In this document: in pieces, positions 1 through 11,800 of the stretch | Layout: every line of letters begins with the position of its first letter | Numbering within the stretch: position 1 is the stretch's first letter | DNA from: Dimorphilus gyrociliatus | Taxonomy: Eukaryota > Animalia > Annelida | NCBI GenBank assembly: GCA_904063045.1 | Contig: CAJFCJ010000002.1 | Coordinates: forward strand, 1 to 64,000 | DNA: 64,000 nt | Direction: 5' to 3' | Notes under the pieces: generated by a model | The model's input: only the letters and a program-made list of their open reading frames with translations | Databases searched by the model: none | Told to the model about the DNA's origin: nothing | Translations under genes and position numbers: made by a program

Positions 1-1233
1 ATTAATGTTAAACTTTAGTGGAAATTCATCTAAACAGTGCTATCTTATCAAAATAAATAAGAATAATAGGCAGTTGTTATTCATACTATTCAGGAAAAAT
101 ATCAATATTTGCCGATTCTTCAGTCTTTTAACTGATAATAAAAACTTGACTTGTTAAACTATAATTAGTATTGGTAATGATATCATTAAAAACTATAACA
201 ACAATATATTACTCTTGTTAAGAAAACAATACCGTCTTCAACAGTAATACATCCCGTAAAATGAGATGCTTATAGAGCCATCTTCTACATATATGCACTA
301 TCTATAGATTTGTTCCAATATACATGTAATATTTCTGTTAACATAGGCACATTATCTCTATATGTATACATTATATACATATTAATATATGGATATATAC
401 ATTATACATATGCTTTTAAACGCATCATATTTTTCTAAAGTAAATAAATAATAGTAAAATTTTCTCTCACAGTTCTTCTAAAATAAACATATATTATGAA
501 TGAAAGGGTAAAAAGTGTTTTTAATTAAAAGGGAAACTTTTTGTATAGATTATATATAGATACTTAATTTCTCTTTAGCGCTATTATTCATTTAAGGTTC
601 CAGCCTTGTTTACATTTCCGTTTCCTAAGACTTATTAAAAAAGGGAGTTGATTATTCTGTCCTTTCCTTTTTAAAGGAATATAAGAAAAATTTAATTAAT
701 TAATATTTCAGTAAGCCTATATTTTTTTGGTGTAAGAAGATTACAACAGTCTTGAAAAGTGGGAGTTTTTTAAAAAGGAGAAATAAATAAAGAGCAAAAA
801 GAAAAATATAAAACTCTCTTTAGTCATTCTTTAGTTTATATCTACTGTATGTGTATGTTTATATATGTGTCTTTGACTTATTAAGTTTACTATACCAGTT
901 TTTATTCCTTCATTAAAATATAACATATGTGATGTAAAACATACCTTTGTTTTTTTTTGTGAAATTTTTTTTATGTAACTATGTGAAGATGTTCTATGCT
1001 GTTTTTGCTTTAAAGTGCAAAATTAGTCATGTTTTTAAAATGCAAACAAACAACAAAAACTAATGAAAACATTTTAAATCTAATAGAATAAGAGTTTAAT
1101 CATTTCTTAGAGTGTTTCTTTGTATATTATTACTGTTGTGGAGAAATGAAATATTTTTCTGGTAGAAAGATTTGACAAACACTTGTATATCTCCTTCATC
1201 TTTCTACATCTCCTTCTTTTTCCCCTTTAAATT

Positions 1234-2561
1234 CTAATTAGTTTTCTCAAAAGCTGCTTTCTTTAAGCGAACTTCTTTGATGTGTTTGTCCTGTTTGTTT
1301 GTTTGTTGTAGTATTAAGTCTTTTTATTTTAACATTTAACGTTAAAAATAGTTTAGTTTTTCTTTACTTTTCAGTAATTGATTATAGTCGTCTACCTCTC
1401 TTTATTATTGAGAAATTGATGATAGTCAATACGTCTGACCTATCAATAAATCAGCTTTTTATTTCTTTCACTCCGACAATACCTCAATGAAAATCTATTA
1501 TTAAGCTTCTCCAGACAGCATTTAAAAAGAAAATAGAACAAATAAGAATAGGGAGAGGTAGAAAAGAAGAAGAAGAAGAAGAAGAAGAAGAAGACGAAGA
1601 AGAAAATAACAAGGGAGAAAACGCATAAAAAAATCATTGAAATAGTTTCAAAAGATTTTTTTTTTACCTGATCTACATGTTCTTACTAGGCGTTGGGTTA
1701 TGCACAAAAAGGAGAATATCCATCAAGTGCAATATATTAGTGTAGAAAAAAAAAGCTAACGAATGAGAAGAGGGCAAAAGAGAAATTTACTAATGATGTA
1801 TATACAGTATTTTTGAATCTTCTATAAGCTCCTTATTCAAAAATAATAATAAAAAAACTATTCTAACTAATTTATTACAGATCAATTGATTATTTAGATT
1901 TAACCCAATTGGTAGACGTCTTCTTTTATTGAACTGTTTGAAACTTACATGCTCTTTAAGTTTTTCTTGTTTAGCCTTTAGCTGAGCTTGTTTACTTTGC
2001 TCTGTTATTTCCAGTTTGGTCTCTAAATTATTTTGTGTTTCAACCTAAGAAATATATATATTAGTATATATGTTTATATATTATATATACTGCAAAAGAG
2101 ATTGATCAATTCGATAAAAGGAAGAGATGAAAAAAGAGATTATAAAACCTGAAATGAGGAATTCATTCCTTGAGCTTTTTCTCTCACTTTTTCTTCCCTT
2201 TCCTTATTTTTAGCTAATTTTTCCTTCTTTTCCAATTCAACAATCTAAATAAAATTAGTTAAGTTTGAGTTTCATTTTATAATTACTATCAATTGTATTT
2301 TTCTATAAATAAATTGAATACTTTTCTCCTTTCTTCGGCATTTTGTAACTTTGATTGAATTTGCTCTTGTAAGGTATCATTATTCGATCTTGGTGACGTT
2401 TGAATAGGCTTTTGCTTCTGCTTTGCAGACTCTAAGATAATGTCGAAAGCAACGCTGGATTCTTGAGCCATTTCTAAGCAAATAGTATAACACGAATTGA
2501 ATAACTTTGACAAACTACCGATCGACTCGCCATCTAGGGAAATGAACCTTATGCTGTACAT
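1234..2561 (-). CDS. STMN: Stathmin-family microtubule destabiliser, 4 coding exons
   Basis: Hand-spliced exons 2561(or 2471)-2322, 2244-2149, 2044-1949 and 1290-1234, all GT-AG and phase 0. Protein reads MAQESSVAFDIIL...LQEQIQSKLQNAEERRK|IVELEKKEKLAKNKEREEKV...|VETQNNLETKLE...EKLKEH|DKHIKEVRLKKAAFEKTN*, matching the stathmin AFELIL / EAAEERRK / DKHIEEVR pattern. The start codon is uncertain. Confidence 0.9.
1566..1604 (+). repeat. (GAA)n microsatellite in the last stathmin intron
   Basis: About 13 GAA units with one GAC interruption; this produces the poly-Phe ORF 1443-1637. Confidence 0.95.
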
Positions 2562-5237
2562 TTTTAAAACGGTACTATTAGTCTCATTCTGATTTTTCCA
2601 ATGCTTTTCCTAGACTGCAATAAGAAAGGAACGATTATAGCAATTCGTTTTCTAACTGATGGTGTTTTCATTGCACTAAACTTCCTTGAATGATTTCCTT
2701 ATGCAAATGAAAACTACTTTTCTTGGCTTCAAAATTCAAGATTTAATTAAACGTAGAAACATTTTCTTTGTTAAAGATGCTAAACTAAATTATAGTAGCT
2801 TTTATTTAGCTTTCCTTAGGGCTAATACTAATAAAAGTACTTGGTAAGAATACGATCCTGCCTAAAACTAATGGAAAAGATGCCGATCAAAGAGACTTAT
2901 TTGTATATTTATAGGCTTTCATAGCAAGTTGGAAGATGTTATGATATGATATTTTTGTCAAAAATAGCTATATTATACACGATCAATAAAAAAATTATGA
3001 AGGAAGAAAGCGTCAATTAGTAAAAGAAAAGTAGGTACCCAAACTCCCCTCTCTAGATTGTAAATAAATACTGTAACCAGATACTAAATCAACGAATAAA
3101 GATTGCATTTTCGTAAATGATCATAGTTGGCAGTTGTTTTTTTTTGTATACAACATTTTCACCATAAACCAAGACATCCAAAGGAGGAGAGTTTTCGTCA
3201 TTTTTCTACTATAATCATTATATTTAACAAGATCAGAAACTACAGAGATGACAGACTTTATCTTCCCAAATGAAATAATACATGTGTGCATGTTTTTAAT
3301 CAAACGAGCATAAAAAACGATATAAAAAATAATTAATATCTTTTGCGTGGATGTAACTTTTCTCTCTCTATCTCTCTCTCTCTCTTCCTCCAAGCTTTAG
3401 TTATTTTATCCACAACAAATTACCAATATAATCCTAATTTTCGACATAATCTCTATCTACCCTCTTTTCTATTGTATATTTGATACAAAACTATCGTAAT
3501 TATAGCGATGGTTCTAATTAAGCACTTTTTTAAATATTTTAAATTAGATTGTACCTTCATAGGGGTCGATAATGTCGAATAGATAAATCTTCTTATTCAA
3601 TATGCTATTAGAACGGATAAAAGAGTGCATAAACGAGAGTATCCTTCAGGCGATAAGGATTACGTATATTGAAGTAGACCGCACTAATTAAGCTATAGGA
3701 AGTGAAAACGAATGAGAGGAATCTCAATTTCTTTTGTTTATAGCCTCAAGTTCTGTTGATATTTAAGCCTTGTAACGGTCCCAATCCCTTACAAACAGTA
3801 CATATGTTTATAAATAGTATATATAGTAGTAGTGGACCGTTGGGGAAACGTGAACATACCTGTTTTATTGATAATACTACAGCTAAAATATTGGCAAATT
3901 GAAATCAGATTTATAGAATTTTTTACGCATAATACAAAATAGAAAATATCGTCAGAGTTTTCGTGCGAACGGATTATCGATAATAGATTAAAGAGCCTAC
4001 TACAAACTACACTTACAGAGAGGAATTTTCCTTCACAAGATAGTTAAAGCTAGACAAAGTTCAACTTAAAATGAAGCAACTTATAAACATTTAAAAAACA
4101 CAAAAGCAAGTAGACGTCATTAAAAATATTCCACTTCCTATGACCTAATAGTTTCCGTTCTACCATTATTATGAAAAGAATCTAAGACTATCTAGTTTAT
4201 TTCTGATCATTGTAAAAGAGTTTACGAAGTTTCTATTTATCAAAGATCCATACGGACTGTCTTTTAAAAGATATCTGTCACAATGTGTAAAGAGATCTAA
4301 TTATTAGACCAGAAAAGTATAGTATTGTGTTCGTATTTATAAGTACTGTGCATTAGTCTTTATTTATATAAAAACTAAAGATAAAGCACAAAAGCTATGA
4401 ATATATTTACATACAGTATAACAACGCTGAATATTCATAACTATAACTTGGTTATCATCAGATTAAAATTCAGTACAAGTGCCAGTTCAAGTCGGTTTAA
4501 ATACACCGAATTTTGTATTCACTCTCTATTGTAAATAGTTGGCTGAGTAAGTGCTGTCTGAAGATAAGAAGAATCTCTGTTTTACTACAATAGGAAATAG
4601 TAGTCATTCATAAATATTACAAAATGTGAATGTGCATATAGTATACCGGAAAAAAACGGTAATACTGCAGTTCAAACTTGAATGTAGGAAAATTCCAAGA
4701 TCAAATGAGTCTTAACAAGTCACAAGCACGTTTTGAGAAACTAAGGGAAAATTAACCGCAAATCGTTTCCGGTTGAACTAAATAGGAAAATACTAGTCAT
4801 ACGATGTTTCACTTCTTTCTTATAATAATCCTGTTTCGGTACATAAAAAAGATAAACTATACTGCATATTGAAGAGAAGTTCAAAGATTCTTGAGTCAAT
4901 AAGATTTCCTTATATGATATGTCGTTGGAATATTGCACTAAATTTAGGCGATTTATTCCTTGTGTATATAGAAAGTTGTTGTCAAATTGAAAATGACAAG
5001 CTTCAGCTTAGGAAATGAATCCTGTCAATTTTCATCTTTTGAAATAGAATTTCTTTTTAGATAGAGTATATACATTATATAGAGTATATAGTATATATAC
5101 ATACATATATATACAGTATATATATATATAGTATATATATATATAGTATATAGACCTATATAAATAAATTGTATTTTACAAAAATAAAATCTGAAAAATT
5201 TAAAGTTAAACAAAAAAATATAATTTCTAAGTGTAGT

Positions 5238-7343
5238 TTATGCGAAAGAGTCAGTCTGTTTTAATTCTATTTTCTCTTCATCAATATCCTTTTCCCTTTC
5301 CTTTTGGCTTGATGACAATTCTTGACGATTTTCATTAAGTGATATTTTAATAACACCCCTTGTACCGTCTTTAAAAATGCTATCTTGTCTACTAAATTTT
5401 ACACTCTTAATCTTTGGAGCATAACGTCCAGTTCTATCGGCGGTTTTGGCAGGACCCCAATCAGCTGCTGGTTTCATTAGAGCCTGAACAAGCTGATGGC
5501 CTCCTTCAGTACAATACCGATACAAAAAGAATATAGGAATCATACTAATGGGAAACAAAGCAACCAGCCATCCTAAAACGATAGCCCATTGCGGGTACTT
5601 GTAATCGCCTAATGTCATATTCTTATATGATATACTATTGAATAAAATAGTAAGGAATATAATTAGAGGTGTAACAAATTTCCAAGTTACTTTCCAATAT
5701 AATCCAGGTGGTTTACCAAGCATAAGTTCAATGTCTTTTGAAAAAAAGTTATACCCGTAAACCCAATTTATTGCTATAACTTCGCAAAAACCTATCACTA
5801 AAAGTGGAAATCCTCCAGCATTCGAATCTACAAGATTAATTATATACATCCCACCGTAAGTTACCATGGGCAATCCTAATAGAAAGAACTTCGCCATTAC
5901 AATAACTCTGAATAAAATTGAAGTAGCAGTGGATTTTCTGATAATATGAGCCCATTCATCAGTAAAAGCACAAATAAAGCACTCCACTTGCGAGAATTGC
6001 GATCCAAAACCTAGAGTAGCCATCATCAGAAAAAAAAGTATAGCCCATAAGGCAGGTACAGGCATTCTTGCTATTGCCTCTGGATAAACTTCGAAAGCTA
6101 ATCCTGGTCCACCAACAGCGACTTTGCTGACATCAACATTCTTTTCATAGGCCATAAATCCTAAAACACTAAAAATTACAAACCCCGCATAAAAGGAGGT
6201 TAAACAATTAATAAAAGCCACAATTAATGCATCTTTAAGGCAATTCTGTTTAAATTTGTTGAACGAAGACATCGCAATCAGCCCTCCTGTACAACAACTT
6301 AATGAATAAAATATTTGTGCTGCAGCCTCACACCAAACTCGAGCATTTAGCAACTCACTAAACTTTGGCTTTAAATAGAAAATGATTCCTTGCGAAGCTC
6401 CCTTTAGAGTAACGCCTCTAATTAGTAATATAGTCAGCATAACATAGGGGAATAAAGCTGTAAAATAGACAACTCTGCCCAACGATTGTACACCTCTGAT
6501 TAGACATATCAAAACAATTGACCAAGCAAGTAGTAATAGAAGACACAATCTCCAATTTATAGAACCAATATCGTCAATACCAGAAGATTTCTGTAGAACA
6601 TAAATGTTATAATATTCCTGGGCTGCAGTTCGGTAGGTCACATTATTTAAAGTTGAATTGCTAGCTGGAAGAACTACCGAAAAAACTGTCGCGTTCGTCC
6701 CACTCGAATTATAGGTCATTCCCGATGTATTATGGTTAGAATCTATACAAAATTCAGTGTTCCATTCATGATTACAATTATCCCATGGTATTCCAGAAAA
6801 AATGGATTTAAAAGATGCACAGAGAAAGAATAGAATATGGCTTACTATTACATTGTAATAGATATCAAATAGCCATACAGTGGCCACAGTGGCATAGCCA
6901 ATGCCCTTAAACAATGGATTTATTTTCCAAATTGTCAACGGTCCCAGACTTGCAAATTGGCCAAAGGATAACTCAAGGAAGAAAATTGGTAAACCAATTA
7001 ATAGCAGCATCACAAAGTATGGTATTATAAACGCTCCACCTCCATTTTTATAACAGAGATATGGAAATCTCCATATATTGCCCAAGCCTACAGCATAGCC
7101 TATACAGGTAAACAGAAATTCCAATTTATTGGTCCATTGTCCTCTTTCATTTGGTTCTTCTGGATCCTGAAATAAGTCCAAAGGTGTAGAGTCCGTCTCT
7201 AGAATATTATCAGCCTCGTATTGGTCCTCTTCAATTGTGTCATTGGTATTTTTAAGAACTTCTGATGGATCTTCATCAACTTCTGTAACTTCATTAAGAA
7301 CTGTCCTTCTCTCAATCGTGAAAAGGGATGGGGCAGTGTCCAT
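5238..7343 (-). CDS. Na+/Cl- dependent SLC6 amino-acid transporter (GlyT/PROT-like clade), single exon, 701 aa
   Basis: Motifs RGQW, GYAVGLGNIWRFPYLCYKNGGGAF, IYYN, VVYFTALFPY and QIFYSL, with 12 hydrophobic segments. Gly rather than Asp in TM1 indicates an amino-acid rather than monoamine substrate. Confidence 0.95.
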   Translation of the reverse strand: MDTAPSLFTIERRTVLNEVTEVDEDPSEVLKNTNDTIEEDQYEADNILETDSTPLDLFQDPEEPNERGQWTNKLEFLFTCIGYAVGLGNIWRFPYLCYKNGGGAFIIPYFVMLLLIGLPIFFLELSFGQFASLGPLTIWKINPLFKGIGYATVATVWLFDIYYNVIVSHILFFLCASFKSIFSGIPWDNCNHEWNTEFCIDSNHNTSGMTYNSSGTNATVFSVVLPASNSTLNNVTYRTAAQEYYNIYVLQKSSGIDDIGSINWRLCLLLLLAWSIVLICLIRGVQSLGRVVYFTALFPYVMLTILLIRGVTLKGASQGIIFYLKPKFSELLNARVWCEAAAQIFYSLSCCTGGLIAMSSFNKFKQNCLKDALIVAFINCLTSFYAGFVIFSVLGFMAYEKNVDVSKVAVGGPGLAFEVYPEAIARMPVPALWAILFFLMMATLGFGSQFSQVECFICAFTDEWAHIIRKSTATSILFRVIVMAKFFLLGLPMVTYGGMYIINLVDSNAGGFPLLVIGFCEVIAINWVYGYNFFSKDIELMLGKPPGLYWKVTWKFVTPLIIFLTILFNSISYKNMTLGDYKYPQWAIVLGWLVALFPISMIPIFFLYRYCTEGGHQLVQALMKPAADWGPAKTADRTGRYAPKIKSVKFSRQDSIFKDGTRGVIKISLNENRQELSSSQKEREKDIDEEKIELKQTDSFA

Positions 7344-8780
7344 TTCTTATTATACTTTGAACACTTTTTTGTTGTATAGCTGATTAGAATAAAAAAATTG
7401 TTCTTTAAAAAAATTGCCCTTTCCAACTTATAATTGATATATAATCTATATATATTTTATTATAATAGTTGATTGTAGATCAGTATATAAAACGTCTATA
7501 TACAGTATATATATATGTATATATATATATGTTTATATATATATATATATACATTTATATATAAATTTTAACTGTGAATAGGTTGTTCCGTTAAAAGAAC
7601 TAAAGGCAATGATATGGGCTTTTTGGACGAGTTTTCACTTTAAACTAGCACTTACTCATTCTGAGTTCTTTAAAACAAGAACTTATTATATAATTCGGAA
7701 AAAATTACTAGGTCAAATAGGAATACCCAATTCGAGAAAGAAATTAGTTCTAGAGTAAATCCGGTTATTTTCGTTTATTTTCGTTCAAAATTTAAAAATC
7801 TTGATAGTTTTTTCTTTACAAAAATATATGAAATGATTTTATGCATTTTAAGAACAAATTTAGGTTTTTTTTTACTACCTGCCAAAATGAGATCATTTAT
7901 TCTAGCCATTTTTTTCCGAAAATATCTACAAACCTGTTTTTTCCCTACAAGTCCATTAAAACACAAATTTCACGTATCATCTATCGATTTCATTTAAAAC
8001 AATTGATCAATCCTTTATCTTTTGATAGCCTAAATCATGATTTAATGTATTTTAGTCCTGTCGTAAATTGCACTAGGAACCAGTCTAAACTCTTATAAGA
8101 TTGAACACGCGGAATCAAAATATTGGACATAGCACAAAATACAAGGTGAAAAAAGCCTCTAAAAGGACAATTGTGAATTGTTGTAATACCTTAATTTTTT
8201 AAGAATAAAACCCTGAGATAATTTGTAGGTGATTATAACGTGACGTCGTTTTGAGAATAAATAAATACATAGAGATATCTATATATATCTATATATATAT
8301 ATAAATTGGTCCTTATAAATTATTGTAAATATTAGGCAATTTGAATATTTAATATTCATTTTACTGTGAATTGAATGAATAACATACATATTAATAATAA
8401 TAGAGTTTTAGCTTAATCTTGAACTGTATGTACAATATATTATTAAACATAAGCCTATTTTATTGAATATTTACAAGTGACATCTGAAGCATTCGTCGCA
8501 TATTTTCCTAAAAGAAGATCCTTTATTGATGAGTTATCAAAATAGCTTACCGTTTAGTAGTTTACTCTATAAAGCTTTATGCCAGTACTTATGTCTTGTA
8601 TATTTCCTATTTCTCTCTCCTTAATACAATGGAGTCTAAGGCACAATAGTATATTGTTTTTCTGTATAGACTTCTTGTTTTCTTTTTCGCCAACTGGATG
8701 ATATCTCTGGCGACCTCTGCTTCTTATTTTAAAGAATTGAAACAATAGATTTCCATTTTGTTTTTTAAGTATTACACATT

Positions 8781-8783
<3 letters not shown>

Positions 8784-8824
<41 letters not shown>

Positions 8825-8844
8825 ACTCACTCACTCACTCACTC
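8784..8844 (+). repeat. Compound microsatellite (CT)n followed by (ACTC)6
   Basis: Read directly from the sequence. Confidence 0.95.
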
Positions 8845-11800
8845 AAGATCTCCCTCTCTCTCTCTTCCTATCAACAAATAGGATGTTCTGACTCACATAT
8901 AGAATTGATCTACTGAAAACTGTGCACAACATTTGAACATTTTATTATGTAATATCAGTTTCAAATTCAATAAATTTCCCCTATGCTCTGCAACATACAT
9001 AAAATACGGTTAACATCAGTTGTATTTTTCCACGTAATCAGCAAAATAAAACAATACTTCCGGATGTGAACTATAAAAAACAATATTTTGAATCTCTTTA
9101 TTTCCTCTCAGTTGAATAGTAATAATTTCCCATAATTTTAAATAGGCCTAAATACTAAATCTTGCATTCATGTTTTTAACGGCCTTTATATATATATATA
9201 TATATCGCATTGTATCTATATATAAAATTCAGAAGAATCACTAAAATTATCTTCCTATTCCCCTTTCCTATTCTATTTTAAAATTATTTGTTTGTTTATT
9301 ATACCCCTAAATAGTTAAAACTTTCAGAATTTGTCCGATTTTTAGGTAAGTAGAAGCTTAGAAAAAAAAAACAAATTTGATTAATTAGGTTAAAACGCAG
9401 AATAAGAACCAAAAAAAAATGTTCTTAAGAGTCTTACTTAACCGACAGGTGAGGAATTATTTCTAAAATTATACATTATTGAGTAATTTTCCAAAGTTCA
9501 TTTACCTATACGGACTTAAAGATCTCTTTAAAAAATTCAATTTGTTATCAAGTCATTACCAACACTTGTCCATAAACTCAACCAATCCCTCTTAACTAGT
9601 TGAAATAGTTGAAATACTTTATTGAACTAAATATGCCTAATATTAAATGGGATATACATGAACCAAGAAAGTGTCTACACTAAATAGAATAAAATACAGC
9701 AAACACGTTTAATTCGTTGAAATAGTATTATATTCATTTGTATAATTTTGTTATTTCTTTATATTTTGATAAGAACATATGACCCTCTGTTATAAAGCTT
9801 TTTTTGCATCTTTTTTCTTTACAACATAGAAAAAATATCCCCTTTTTCTCCCATACAAACGAGATAAAAAGATTCGATACATTAACAAAAAAAACCTCTA
9901 TTATTAGGAGATGAAAAAAAAATGTTACCACAAATCTTACTAAGTAAAGCCAATAGGCCAGGGAGATGGAAGGGAGGGGAGGGGAGGGGGTAAGGGGGAG
10001 AGAATTGTTTAGGCAAAAGGATAAGTCTTTTATCCTAGAAGATAATCGACAAAATTGTCAAGTTAATTTTTTCCTTATTACTTAAGAGTTTTATCGCACC
10101 TATTGATAGAACTGACAAGAATAATTTAAACTCAACCTCTCTGTATTTGAAGGTGCATCATCATAGAATGGAGTACGCTGCACCTAATAATAAAAATTTA
10201 AATAGTGTTGAACGAGTCGATAAAAATTTGAATCATTTATAGGTTGATTATAAGAGAAAGGAAGTGTTGATTGATCTTTTATAGAAGGTAAAAAGAGAGA
10301 GCAAGAAAGGAAAAGGAAAGGTTGGGGATAAAAGTGTAATAAGAGGCTTTCAAGATGGTATGTATTTTCATTCCCATTTAGAAGGGTTCTATAGCTACAA
10401 GTTTGAATCGATAATCAATTAAGGGATAAACTTCTTTTAGTACAAAAAAAGCTCAGCTCATATGTAAATATGCCATATCTAAGTTATATCAAGTATTTAT
10501 ATATAAATATATATATATATATATATACTAATATACATATATATACTGTATATACTGTATATTCACTTGAAAAAATACTGCAATCCAACAATATTATAAA
10601 TACTATACAGTATTGTTGTTTGACAATAAAAGTTTGTAATATACAGCTTCCTAGTCGGTATACAAGACTAATCTAAAATAATTTTGAAAGAAAGAATCAT
10701 ACCGTTTGTTATCCTTTGAATGGCTTGTTCTGTTTGCAAATGAAAGTGTATTTTAGCAAGAATTCTTCACTAAAAGTTTTATTTTTAGACGAAAACCTGA
10801 CGAACAGATGCTGGGCATATTGTGTCCGCCTTAAAAATTGAGATGTCTTCTTCCTTCTGTCTTAAATCCGAACAAAATAGTATCCGTTATCTTCCTATAT
10901 CCGTTTAAATGTAAATATTATCTCTCTTTCTTTTCACAAAAATTTAGTATATAAGAAGATGGTTTAAAGGAGGTTTTGGAGAAGAGAATTCTATAATGCT
11001 TAATATTTCAACTTCAACATCCAAGCTACAGAAAGTCTTCTGTAATGAAAGGGCAAAGAGAGCAATCTTTATTAGTAATTATATAAATAATTAACGTGTC
11101 AGTTAATAGATAATATTTAAAATTATTTGTCACTTGCAGAGATATATTGAGATGAGCACAGTACTATTACCATATTCCTTTACAAACATATTACCTCTTT
11201 TCCTTTTGTAAATTTTCCTATTCCTTTTTAAATCATCTCTTCCATTGTAAAAAAGAAAAGCAGAGGTCTATGGCAGCTCAACTAAGCATCAGCTACTGAA
11301 AGATAGTAAAGCGAAATATTGTTATGTGGCTCCCTCTTGCAATTCTAAGATTTGTAAATACGTTTTTTTTAATGCCATGGTCTTTAGATAATCAAATTTT
11401 AAGTCTTAGCTACTCTTTTATCTAACTCCTTTTGTGATATTTGAGGAACAAGAGCTAAAATTTTCTTCAGGGATCATTAGATTTGCATTTTCATTCCTTC
11501 ATAACAATTGTGAAGAAAAGATGAATGGCTTTCCATTAAGGTTATAAAAGATAATATGCGATACAAACTAATAAAGTATAAAATAATAACAGAACTATCA
11601 CTCCTACGTATAGGCTTGTTTGTTGTTTTTCTATAATTGTATCTATTCACTCTAAGCATAATTAAGTCGTACAGTGAAGTTTACATATTATATTAACGTT
11701 TCTTTTTTATCTGAAAAGGCTTGAAAAGTAGTAATCGACCTAAACTACATTAGAATAAAGGTATCTATATCACTTTTCTTTATATTTAATGTTCCAAATA

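Noticed and set aside
1443-1667. In-frame hydrophobic alternative last exon for the stathmin (VKKKSFETISMIFLC...poly-Phe)
   Set aside because: The hydrophobicity comes from the (GAA)n microsatellite; the putative acceptor has no pyrimidine tract and looks more like a donor; a canonical last exon exists at 1290-1234.
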